Shown one piece after another: positions 9,351 to 18,674 of a stretch of DNA of 32,000 nucleotides. The stretch is taken from positions 4,860,001-4,892,000 of the forward strand of contig NZ_LN831024.1 in NCBI RefSeq assembly GCF_001457615.1, in the 5' to 3' direction. Source of the stretch: Pseudomonas aeruginosa. Its GTDB lineage: Bacteria; Pseudomonadota; Gammaproteobacteria; Pseudomonadales; Pseudomonadaceae. Each line of letters begins with the position of its first letter. The stretch's first letter is position 1. A program made the position numbers and the translations under genes. The notes under the pieces are model-generated. The model was not told the DNA's origin. It ran no database searches and saw only the letters and a list, made by a program, of their open reading frames with translations.

Positions 9351-10841
9351 TCAGCGCCGCTTCTTCCCGCCCATCAACGAGCCGAGCAGGCCACGCACCA
9401 GCTCCCGGCTCAACTGGTTGGCCGCCTGGCGCATGGCGCTCTTCACCGTCGAATTGGACAGCAGGCTGCCGAGAATCTGCCCGGCCATGCCGCCGACGCC
9501 GGACGAGCTTTCCTGCTGAGCAGTCGCCTGGCCCTGGACCTCGGGCTTGGCGCCCGCCTTGTTCGCCAGCACCTCGTAGGCCGACTCGCGATCGATCGGC
9601 TGGTCGTAGCGACCCTTCAACGGCGACCGCTGGACCAGTTCAGCGCGCTCGCTGTCGCTCAGCGGGCCGATCCGCGAATAGGGCGGCGCCACCGCGACGC
9701 GCTGGACCATGGCCGGCGTGCCCTTTTCCTCCAGGGTGCCGACCAACGCCTCGCCGATACCCAGTTCGGTCAGCACCCCCAGGGTGTCGAACGCCGGGTT
9801 CGGGCGGAAACCGTCGGCCACCGCGCGCAGCGATTTCTGCTCCTTGGCGGTGAAGGCGCGCAGGCCATGCTGGATACGCAGGCCGAGCTGGGCCAGGACA
9901 TCGTCCGGCAGGTCGCCCGGCGACTGGGTGACGAAGTACACCCCGACGCCTTTCGAGCGGATCAGCCGGACCACCTGTTCCAGGCGGTCGCGCAAGGCTT
10001 TCGGCGTGCCGTTGAACAGCAGGTGGGCCTCGTCGAAGAACAGTGCCAGCACCGGCTTGTCGGCATCGCCGCGCTCCGGCAGTTGCTCGAACAGCTCGGC
10101 CAACAGCCAGAGCAGGAAAGTCGCGTAGACCTTCGGCGCCTCGTGCACCAGGCGGCTGGCGTCGAGCAGGTGGATGCGCCCGCGCCCGTCCGGCTCGGGG
10201 CGGAGGATGTCTTCCAGTTGCAGGGCAGGCTCGCCGAAGAAGGCCTCGGCACCCTGCTGCTCCAGGGTGGCCAGGCGGCGCAGCAGCGCCTGCCCGGAAG
10301 CGCCGGTGAACAGCGCCCGGTCCTCGCCGAGGATCTCCGGATTGTCCTTCAGGTGGTTGAGCAGCGCCTTCAGGTCCTTCAGGTCGAGTAGCAGCAGGCC
10401 TTCCCGGTCGGCCACCTGGAAGGCGGCGAACAGCGCGGCCTGCTGGCTATCGGTCAACTCCAGGAGGTTGGCCAGCAGCAGCGGGCCCATCTCGCTGATG
10501 GTGGTGCGCAACGGGTGGCCGGTCTTCCCGGCGATGTCCCAGAGCGTGGTCGGGTAGGCCTTCGGCTGGTAGTTCAGCCACGGCATGCTGGCGATGCGTT
10601 CGGCGACCTTGCCCTGCGGGTTGCCCGGCGCGGCGATGCCGCACAGGTCGCCCTTGATGTCGGCGGCGAATACCGCGACACCGGCATCGCTGAAGGATTC
10701 GGCGAGGTGCTGCAAGGTCACCGTCTTGCCGGTACCGGTGGCGCCGGCGATCAATCCATGACGGTTGGCCAGGCGCCAGGCCTGCCCTACCGGCTGGCCA
10801 TCGGGGCCAGCGCCGATCAACAACTCATTCGCTTGCGACAT
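9351..10841 (-). CDS. DUF853/YjgR-family P-loop NTPase (HerA/FtsK-like fold)
   Basis: Track ORF, 496 aa, with GAGGA 7 nt upstream of ATG 10841. Motifs: Walker A GATGTGKT, Walker B-like VLALFFDEAHLLF. The N-terminus ANRHGLIAGATGTGKTVTLQHLAESF closely resembles E. coli YjgR as I recall it. Confidence 0.8.
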   Translation of the reverse strand: MSQANELLIGAGPDGQPVGQAWRLANRHGLIAGATGTGKTVTLQHLAESFSDAGVAVFAADIKGDLCGIAAPGNPQGKVAERIASMPWLNYQPKAYPTTLWDIAGKTGHPLRTTISEMGPLLLANLLELTDSQQAALFAAFQVADREGLLLLDLKDLKALLNHLKDNPEILGEDRALFTGASGQALLRRLATLEQQGAEAFFGEPALQLEDILRPEPDGRGRIHLLDASRLVHEAPKVYATFLLWLLAELFEQLPERGDADKPVLALFFDEAHLLFNGTPKALRDRLEQVVRLIRSKGVGVYFVTQSPGDLPDDVLAQLGLRIQHGLRAFTAKEQKSLRAVADGFRPNPAFDTLGVLTELGIGEALVGTLEEKGTPAMVQRVAVAPPYSRIGPLSDSERAELVQRSPLKGRYDQPIDRESAYEVLANKAGAKPEVQGQATAQQESSSGVGGMAGQILGSLLSNSTVKSAMRQAANQLSRELVRGLLGSLMGGKKRR

Positions 10842-11240
10842 CCATTCATCCTCGGGACTAAAGCTCCGGCACGCTGTGCCGACAGTAAGGGAAAGCCCTT
10901 GTACAACGGGGCTTCCAGCGGAACCCGCGTACCAATATGCGCGGGTTCCCGCGAAGGGCGTCGGGCCAGCGCATCGACCCGATCTGGCCGTCCAGCTTCA
11001 GCGAAGACCTTCGGGCCTTGCTGAGACAGGAAAAATCGCCATCGTATCCGTATCACGCATTCTTCGGAGCCACCCAGGGAACCGTGGCTTCGTGGCACAA
11101 GGCCGTGCCTGGGTCGACGGACTACCCACCCGCGCGACCCGCCCGACGCTGCAAGGCGTACGGAAAGCCCCTGCGCCCGCGGAACGGTCGCAGGGGTCTG
11201 GTCAAAGACTGGCGCTACATACTCCTGGACGCAATACAAC

Positions 11241-13130
11241 ATGATCAAAAGTCTGAAGTTCAGCCACAAGATCCTCCTCGCGGCCTCCCTCGTGGTGTTC
11301 GCCGCTTTCGCACTGTTCACCCTCTACAACGATTACCTGCAGCGCAACGCGATCCGCGAGGACCTCGAAAGCTACCTGCGGGAAATGGGTGACGTGACCT
11401 CCAGCAACATCCAGAACTGGCTCGGCGGCCGTCTGTTGCTGGTCGAGCAGACCGCCCAGACCCTGGCCCGCGACCACAGCCCGGAAGCCGTCAGCGCCCT
11501 GCTCGAACAGCCGGCCCTGACCTCGACCTTCAGCTTCACCTACCTCGGCCAGCAGGACGGCGTCTTCACCATGCGTCCGGACAGCCCGATGCCGGCCGGC
11601 TACGATCCGCGCAGCCGGCCCTGGTACAAGGACGCCGTGGCGGCCGGCGGCCTGACCCTGACCGAACCCTACGTCGACGCCGCCACCCAGGAATTGATCA
11701 TCACCGCGGCGACACCGGTGAAGGCCGCTGGCAACACCCTCGGCGTGGTAGGCGGCGACCTCAGCCTGAAGACCCTGGTGCAGATCATCAATTCGCTGGA
11801 CTTCAGCGGCATGGGCTACGCCTTCCTGGTCAGCGGCGACGGCAAGATCCTGGTGCACCCGGACAAAGAGCAGGTGATGAAGACCCTGAGCGAGGTCTAC
11901 CCGCAGAACACGCCGAAGATCGCCACCGGTTTCAGCGAGGCCGAATTGCACGGGCATACCCGCATCCTCGCCTTTACCCCTATCAAGGGCCTGCCTTCGG
12001 TGACCTGGTACCTGGCGCTGTCCATCGACAAGGACAAGGCCTACGCCATGCTCAGCAAGTTCCGCGTCTCGGCCATCGCCGCCGCGCTGATCTCCATCGT
12101 CGCCATCCTGGTCCTGCTCGGCCTGCTGATCCGCCTGCTGATGCAGCCGCTGCACCTGATGGGCCGTGCCATGCAGGACATCGCCCAGGGCGAGGGCGAC
12201 CTGACCAAGCGCCTCGCCGTGACCAGCCGCGATGAATTCGGAGTGCTCGGCGATGCCTTCAACCAGTTCGTCGAGCGTATCCATCGCTCGATCCGGGAAG
12301 TCGCCGGGACCGCGCACAAACTGCACGACGTCTCGCAACTGGTGGTGAACGCCTCGAACTCTTCGATGGCCAACTCCGACGAGCAGTCCAACCGCACCAA
12401 CAGCGTCGCCGCGGCGATCAACGAACTCGGCGCCGCCGCCCAGGAAATCGCCCGCAACGCCGCCGATGCCTCGCACCATGCGTCCGACGCCAACCACCAG
12501 GCCGAGGACGGCAAACAGGTGGTCGAGCAGACCATCCGCGCGATGAACGAGCTTTCCGAGAAGATCAGCGCCTCCTGCGCCAACATCGAGGCCCTCAACA
12601 GCCGTACGGTGAACATCGGCCAGATCCTCGAAGTAATCAAGGGCATCTCCGAGCAGACCAACCTGCTCGCCCTCAACGCCGCCATCGAAGCCGCGCGCGC
12701 CGGCGAAGCCGGACGCGGCTTCGCAGTGGTCGCCGACGAGGTGCGCAACCTGGCCCATCGCGCCCAGGAATCGGCGCTGCAGATCCAGAAGATGATCGAA
12801 GAGCTGCAAGTCGGCGCCCGCGAGGCGGTGGCCACCATGACCGAGAGCCAGCGCTACAGCCTGGAGAGCGTGGAGATCGCCAACCGTGCCGGCGAAAGCC
12901 TGGGCAGCGTGACCCGGCGGATCGGCGAGATCGACGGGATGAACCAGTCGGTGGCCACCGCCACCGAGGAACAGACCGCGGTGGTCGATTCGCTGAACAT
13001 GGACATCACCGAGATCAACACCCTCAACCAGGAAGGCGTGGAGAACCTCCAGGCCACCCTGCGCGCCTGCGGCGAGCTGGAAACCCAGGCCGGGCGCCTG
13101 CGCCAACTGGTGGACAGCTTCAAGATCTGA
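11241..13130 (+). CDS. pctA: Methyl-accepting chemotaxis protein PctA (dCache ligand-binding domain)
   Basis: Track ORF, 629 aa, with the same architecture as pctC. Its N-terminus [23 protein letters not shown] and its position as the middle paralog match PAO1 pctA. Confidence 0.9.
   Translation: MIKSLKFSHKILLAASLVVFAAFALFTLYNDYLQRNAIREDLESYLREMGDVTSSNIQNWLGGRLLLVEQTAQTLARDHSPEAVSALLEQPALTSTFSFTYLGQQDGVFTMRPDSPMPAGYDPRSRPWYKDAVAAGGLTLTEPYVDAATQELIITAATPVKAAGNTLGVVGGDLSLKTLVQIINSLDFSGMGYAFLVSGDGKILVHPDKEQVMKTLSEVYPQNTPKIATGFSEAELHGHTRILAFTPIKGLPSVTWYLALSIDKDKAYAMLSKFRVSAIAAALISIVAILVLLGLLIRLLMQPLHLMGRAMQDIAQGEGDLTKRLAVTSRDEFGVLGDAFNQFVERIHRSIREVAGTAHKLHDVSQLVVNASNSSMANSDEQSNRTNSVAAAINELGAAAQEIARNAADASHHASDANHQAEDGKQVVEQTIRAMNELSEKISASCANIEALNSRTVNIGQILEVIKGISEQTNLLALNAAIEAARAGEAGRGFAVVADEVRNLAHRAQESALQIQKMIEELQVGAREAVATMTESQRYSLESVEIANRAGESLGSVTRRIGEIDGMNQSVATATEEQTAVVDSLNMDITEINTLNQEGVENLQATLRACGELETQAGRLRQLVDSFKI
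12335..13130 (+). repeat. pct 3' repeat, copy 2 (near-identical core)
   Basis: This 796-bp core aligns without gaps to 8452-9247 and 14459-15254, with only scattered single-base differences. Similarity continues upstream to about 12114 but is weaker there. Confidence 0.9.
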
Positions 13131-13142
13131 GCCCTGCCTGTC

Positions 13143-13187
13143 GTAGCCGAACCGGCCGGATAACCGCGAAGCGTTTATCCGGCCTAC
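13143..13187. repeat. REP-like extragenic palindrome downstream of pctA
   Basis: GTAGCCGAACCGGCCGGATAACCGCGAAGCGTTTATCCGGCCTAC. The inner hairpin GCCGGATAAcCGC-GAA-GCGtTTATCCGGC has one mismatch. The GGATAA...TTATCC...CTAC pattern is typical of gamma-proteobacterial REP elements. Confidence 0.6.
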
Positions 13188-13195
13188 CGATGAAG

Positions 13196-13216
13196 AGCGC
13201 CCGCGGGCGCTTTTTT
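13196..13216 (+). terminator. Rho-independent terminator after pctA
   Basis: GC palindrome GCGCCCGCGGGCGC (13197-13210) followed by T6. It is related to the pctC terminator core. Confidence 0.75.
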
Positions 13217-13259
13217 CGTTCTCCAGGTCGCATTCGGTGAAACCATTCATCCATTGCGC

Positions 13260-13286
13260 TAAAGCTTCCGGGCTTGCCGCCGACAG
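13260..13286 (+). promoter_or_regulatory. Candidate sigma-28 (FliA)-type promoter for pctB
   Basis: TAAAGCTT-N11-GCCGACAG compared with the enteric consensus TAAAGTTT-N11-GCCGATAA. The spacing is exact, and 7/8 and 6/8 positions match. It lies about 80 nt upstream of the pctB ATG. This is a sequence match only. Confidence 0.35.
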
Positions 13287-13364
13287 ACACGGCAAGCCTT
13301 GCAGTTGCGATCCAACTGGGGCTGTTCACGACAGCGCGCCCGCGCCTCCCGGATGCAAGAAACC

Positions 13365-15254
<1,890 letters not shown>

Positions 15255-15268
15255 GCACTGCCCGAGCC

Positions 15269-15312
15269 GTAGCCGAACCGGCGGATAATCGCGCCGCGGC
15301 TATCCGCCCTAC
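15269..15312. repeat. REP-like extragenic palindrome downstream of pctB
   Basis: GTAGCCGAACCGGCGGATAATCGCGCCGCGGCTATCCGCCCTAC. It shares the GTAGCCGAACCGG leader and the GGATAA/TATCC arms with the pctA copy. Confidence 0.55.
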
Positions 15313-15329
15313 CCCCGGCCATTCGTAGA

Positions 15330-15356
15330 GTGAACAACGCCAACGGCGTTGTTCAC
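15330..15356. repeat. Perfect 12-bp inverted repeat (possible terminator or operator)
   Basis: GTGAACAACGCC-AAC-GGCGTTGTTCAC. No T tract follows. It lies between pctB and the glycosyltransferase gene. Confidence 0.5.
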
Positions 15357-15571
15357 CCTTATCCTGCCAGGATGCCTCCCGAGGCATGCCTTCCTCTCCG
15401 CCCGCTCCCTCTGCGACCTATTCCCGCGCTGGCTGCCCCGAACGCGCCGGCTCGCGCTTTCTTTCCTAGACTTGAAGCTACCCATGGCTCCCGCACACCG
15501 TTCGAACGACTGCCGGCGCCGGTGGTCCACTGAGTGGCAGAAGGAACAAGCTCAACGGAGGAAGGCCCATC

Positions 15572-16687
15572 GTGCACATCGCCGATATGACCATGTTCTA
15601 CGCGCCTGCCAGCGGGGGGGTACGCACCTATCTCGAAGCCAAGCATCGCCATCTCTGGCACTATCCCGGCATTCGCCACAGCGTGCTGGTTCCCGGCGCC
15701 GGCTATCGCCAGGCGAACGGCATCCACGAGGTGCCGGCGCCGCCGCTGCCATTCGGCAATGGCTACCGCTTCCCTCTCCGTCGCGGCCCCTGGCGCAAGG
15801 TGCTGCGCAATCTGCAACCGGACCTGATCGAGGTCGGCGACCCGTACCTCACCGCCTGGGCGGCGCTCGACGCGCGACGTCGGCTGGACGTGCCGGTGAT
15901 CGGCTTCTACCACTCCGACCTGCCGCTGCTGGTGAGCAATCGCATGGGCGCCTGGCTCGGCACCAACGCGGACAACTACGTCAGCAAGCTGTACGGCCAC
16001 TTCGACCGGGTCCTGGCCCCCAGCCGGGTAATGGCGGAAAAGCTGATGCGCCTGGGCGTCGCCGACGTGCATGTACAACCGCTGGGCGTCGACCTGGTCA
16101 CCTTCCATCCGAGCAACCGCGATCCGGGGCTGCGCCAGGAACTCGGCCTGGACGAGGAAACCCGCCTGCTGGTGTTCGCAGGGCGCGGTTCGCGGGAAAA
16201 GAACCTGCCGGTACTGCTCGACGCCATCCAGCGCCTCGGCGACGGCTATCACCTGTTGCTGGTGGGTTCCAACATGCCGACCCGGGTTCCGCGCAACACC
16301 AGCGTGGTCGACCATTTCTGCGACAGCCGCGAAGTCGCCCGCCTGCTGGCGAGCAGCGACGCGCTGCTGCACGCCGGTGACCAGGAGACCTTCGGCCTGG
16401 TCGCACTCGAAGCGATGGCCAGCGGCATTCCGGTGGTGGCGGTGCGCGCCGGGGCACTGGCGGAAATAGTCCCGGAGCGTTGCGGCGTGCTCTGCGCACC
16501 GAACAACGGCGACGCCATGGCCTGCGCGGTGCGCGAACTGTTCAGCCACGACGTCGAGCTGCGCGGCCAGCGCGCCCGCCGTCACGTCGAGCGCCAGCAT
16601 GCCTGGGACGCGGTGGTCGCCGGTCTGCTCCTGCACTACCACGCGGTACTCGGCGACAGCGAGGCGAGGTTCCCGCGCTATGGCTGA
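15572..16687 (+). CDS. Family 4 (GT-B) glycosyltransferase
   Basis: Track ORF, 371 aa, GTG start with GGAGGA 7-8 nt upstream. The N-terminus MHIADMTMFYAPASGGV is typical of a GT4 beta1/Gly-rich loop. The C-terminal E-x7-E motif is present (GDQETFGLVALEAMASGIPVV). Confidence 0.85.
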   Translation: MHIADMTMFYAPASGGVRTYLEAKHRHLWHYPGIRHSVLVPGAGYRQANGIHEVPAPPLPFGNGYRFPLRRGPWRKVLRNLQPDLIEVGDPYLTAWAALDARRRLDVPVIGFYHSDLPLLVSNRMGAWLGTNADNYVSKLYGHFDRVLAPSRVMAEKLMRLGVADVHVQPLGVDLVTFHPSNRDPGLRQELGLDEETRLLVFAGRGSREKNLPVLLDAIQRLGDGYHLLLVGSNMPTRVPRNTSVVDHFCDSREVARLLASSDALLHAGDQETFGLVALEAMASGIPVVAVRAGALAEIVPERCGVLCAPNNGDAMACAVRELFSHDVELRGQRARRHVERQHAWDAVVAGLLLHYHAVLGDSEARFPRYG

Positions 16688-17441
16688 ACGCAGCCTGCTG
16701 CTGGTGTTGCACGACGTGGCCCCGGAAACCTGGCCGGACTACCGGCCCTTCGTCGAGGCCGTGGACGCGCTCGGTGAGGTCCCCATGACCTGGCTGGTAG
16801 TGCCCGACTTCCACCATCGCAACCCGCTGGAAGCCGACGAAAAGTTCTGCAAACTGCTCTCGCGGCGGGTAACCCGGGGTGACGAACTGGCTCTCCACGG
16901 CTTCTATCACTACGATGACGCCCCACCACCGCGTACTCCAGGGCAATACTTCATGCGTCGCATCTACACCTGGGAGGGAGAGTTCTATGCCCTCGACCAC
17001 GCCGAGGCCAAGGCCCGCCTGGCCGCCGGCATCGAGCTGTTCCGCCGCCGCGGATGGCCGCTGCACGGTTTCGTCGCGCCGGCCTGGCTTATGAGCGCCG
17101 GCACCCGCCAGGCGCTCGGCGAGAGCGGGCTGCGCTACACCAGCGACCCGTCCAACCTGTATCTGCTTCCCCACCTGCAAACGATCGAGGCCCCCGGCCT
17201 GGTCTGGAGCGCGCGCAGTGCCTGGCGTCGCGGCCTCTCCTGGGCGCTCAGCGAGCAGCGCCGCCGGGCCTGGCGCGCAGCGCCGGTGATCCGTCTCGGA
17301 CTCCATCCGGTCGACATGCGCCATCGCTTTTCCCGCGAATACTGGCTGCGTACCCTGCGCACCCTGCTGTCCGAGGGGCGCCAGCCGTTGACCAAGATCG
17401 ACTGGCTGGAGCGCCACCTCGCCCTGGACCGCGCGGCATGA
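16680..17441 (+). CDS. DUF2334 protein (polysaccharide-deacetylase-like fold)
   Basis: Internal ATG of track ORF 16599..17441 (MAERSLLLVLHDVAPETWPDY, 253 aa). It overlaps the glycosyltransferase stop by 8 nt. The LVLHDV(A/S)P start is characteristic of DUF2334 as I recall it. Confidence 0.75.
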   Translation: MAERSLLLVLHDVAPETWPDYRPFVEAVDALGEVPMTWLVVPDFHHRNPLEADEKFCKLLSRRVTRGDELALHGFYHYDDAPPPRTPGQYFMRRIYTWEGEFYALDHAEAKARLAAGIELFRRRGWPLHGFVAPAWLMSAGTRQALGESGLRYTSDPSNLYLLPHLQTIEAPGLVWSARSAWRRGLSWALSEQRRRAWRAAPVIRLGLHPVDMRHRFSREYWLRTLRTLLSEGRQPLTKIDWLERHLALDRAA

Positions 17442-18289
17442 GTCGAGGCTGGTTACTGCTGTTCGGTTTGATCGGTGCCTCGCTGATTCCGCTGGTGCTC
17501 GGCGGCAGCGACATGTTCCCGCGCTTGCGCGCCTTCCCGCTGGACAGTCTGCTGCTGATGTTCGGCATGATCGTGGTCTGCTGGTTCATCAACGGCCTGC
17601 GCCTGCGCCTGCTGCTCGCCGGGCGCGCCGGCAAGCTCGGGCAATTGCAGAGCGTCGGCATCATCATGGCCAGCGAATTCGCTTTCTGCGCCACTCCGGG
17701 CGGCAGCGGCGGGCCGTTGACCCTGATGGCGCTGCTGGCCCGGCGCGGCCTGCGCCCGGCACAGACCAGCGCGGTGTTCGCGGTCGACCAGTTGGCCGAC
17801 CTGACGTTCTTCCTCTGCGCTCTCGGCGCGATCCTGATCTATGCCCTCAGCCATTCGCTGAGCCCGAACATGGAATCGAGCCTGATCTTCAGCGCGGTAT
17901 TCCTGGTCGGCCTGTTCGTCGGCGCGGTAATGCTGATCCGCTACCTGCACCAGGTGATCCGCTTCAACGGGCGGGTTCTGGCACGGCTCGGCGTGTCATC
18001 GCGCAAGCGCCTGCACTGGGGCCGCAAGATCCTGCATTTCCGCATTGCCCTGCACGACAGCCTGCGCCTGCCGAAACGACGCCTGCTGGCGGTCTTCCTT
18101 CTCAGCAGTACGCACTGGCTACTGCGCTTCAGCGTGCTCGATCTGACCCTGCGCGGCCTGGGAGTGGATATCCAGTGGGCCTGGACCTTCCTGATCCAGA
18201 TGGTCTCGCTCAGCGCCGGACAGCTATCGCTGATCCCCGGCGGCGCCGGCGGCACCGAGCTGACCTCGGCGGCCCTGCTGGCCCCATGA
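17438..18289 (+). CDS. Flippase-like membrane protein (LPG-synthase-TM/UPF0104 family), apparently truncated by a frameshift
   Basis: Internal ATG of track ORF 17054..18289 (MSRGWLLLFGLIGASLIPLV, 283 aa), overlapping the upstream stop (ATGA). It has multiple TM helices and the family motif PGGAGGTE near the end. The remainder of the protein continues in another frame (next feature). Confidence 0.7.
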   Translation: MSRGWLLLFGLIGASLIPLVLGGSDMFPRLRAFPLDSLLLMFGMIVVCWFINGLRLRLLLAGRAGKLGQLQSVGIIMASEFAFCATPGGSGGPLTLMALLARRGLRPAQTSAVFAVDQLADLTFFLCALGAILIYALSHSLSPNMESSLIFSAVFLVGLFVGAVMLIRYLHQVIRFNGRVLARLGVSSRKRLHWGRKILHFRIALHDSLRLPKRRLLAVFLLSSTHWLLRFSVLDLTLRGLGVDIQWAWTFLIQMVSLSAGQLSLIPGGAGGTELTSAALLAP

Positions 18290-18438
18290 TCGGCAAGTCG
18301 ACGGCGGCGGCGGCCATCGTCATCTGGCGAGCGGTGACCTTCTATTTCTACCTCGTCGCCGGCGGCCCGGTGTTCGCCGTGCTCGCCGGACGTCCGCTGC
18401 TGAAGAAGCTGATCAGCAGTCGCGAGGCTTCTTCCTGA
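18286..18438 (+). other. Out-of-frame C-terminal continuation of the flippase-like gene
   Basis: MIGKSTAAAAIVIWRAVTFYFYLVAGGPVFAVLAGRPLLKKLISSREASS, in the frame one base to the left of the upstream gene, with high GC3. One extra C in the C4 run at 18282-18285 would fuse the two parts into a 333-aa protein. Confidence 0.5.
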
Positions 18439-18625
18439 GCGTATCCTCGGCGTCAGCCTCGCCCGTCTCGCTGGCGCTCTCCTGGATACGCCGCCAGAGT
18501 TCGGCCGCGCCGGGAAACTCGGTTCCGTCCTCGTCGCCGAGGGCGTCGATGTCGTAACGGCTTGTGCAACCCTCGCCGAGGGTCGGTGGCGGGCTGGCGG
18601 TGCCCGCCGACCTGGGATCGCTCAT
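18413..18625 (-). CDS. Hypothetical small acidic protein (70 aa)
   Basis: Internal ATG 18625 of track ORF 18413..18847, with GGAGGA 6 nt upstream. By hand count most third codon positions are G or C. It lies 49 nt downstream of the purU stop on the same strand. I recognise no family. Confidence 0.45.
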   Translation of the reverse strand: MSDPRSAGTASPPPTLGEGCTSRYDIDALGDEDGTEFPGAAELWRRIQESASETGEADAEDTLRKKPRDC

Positions 18626-18674
18626 GTTCGTTCCTCCGGGTGCCGGCCCTGGCCGGCATTCCAGGGAAGCCGAC

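Noticed and set aside
13299-13364. Upstream start giving a 651-aa PctB
   Set aside because: The extra 22 residues (MQLRSNWGCSRQRARASRMQET) are not shared with pctA. Nucleotide similarity to pctA begins exactly at ATG 13365.
15349-16642. Alternative-frame and antisense ORFs over the glycosyltransferase gene (15349..16380 plus strand, 343 aa; 15359..16642 minus strand, 427 aa)
   Set aside because: The 15572..16687 frame carries the GT4 N-terminal loop and the E-x7-E motif and has an SD. The competing ORFs are Arg/Pro/Ala-rich with no motifs.
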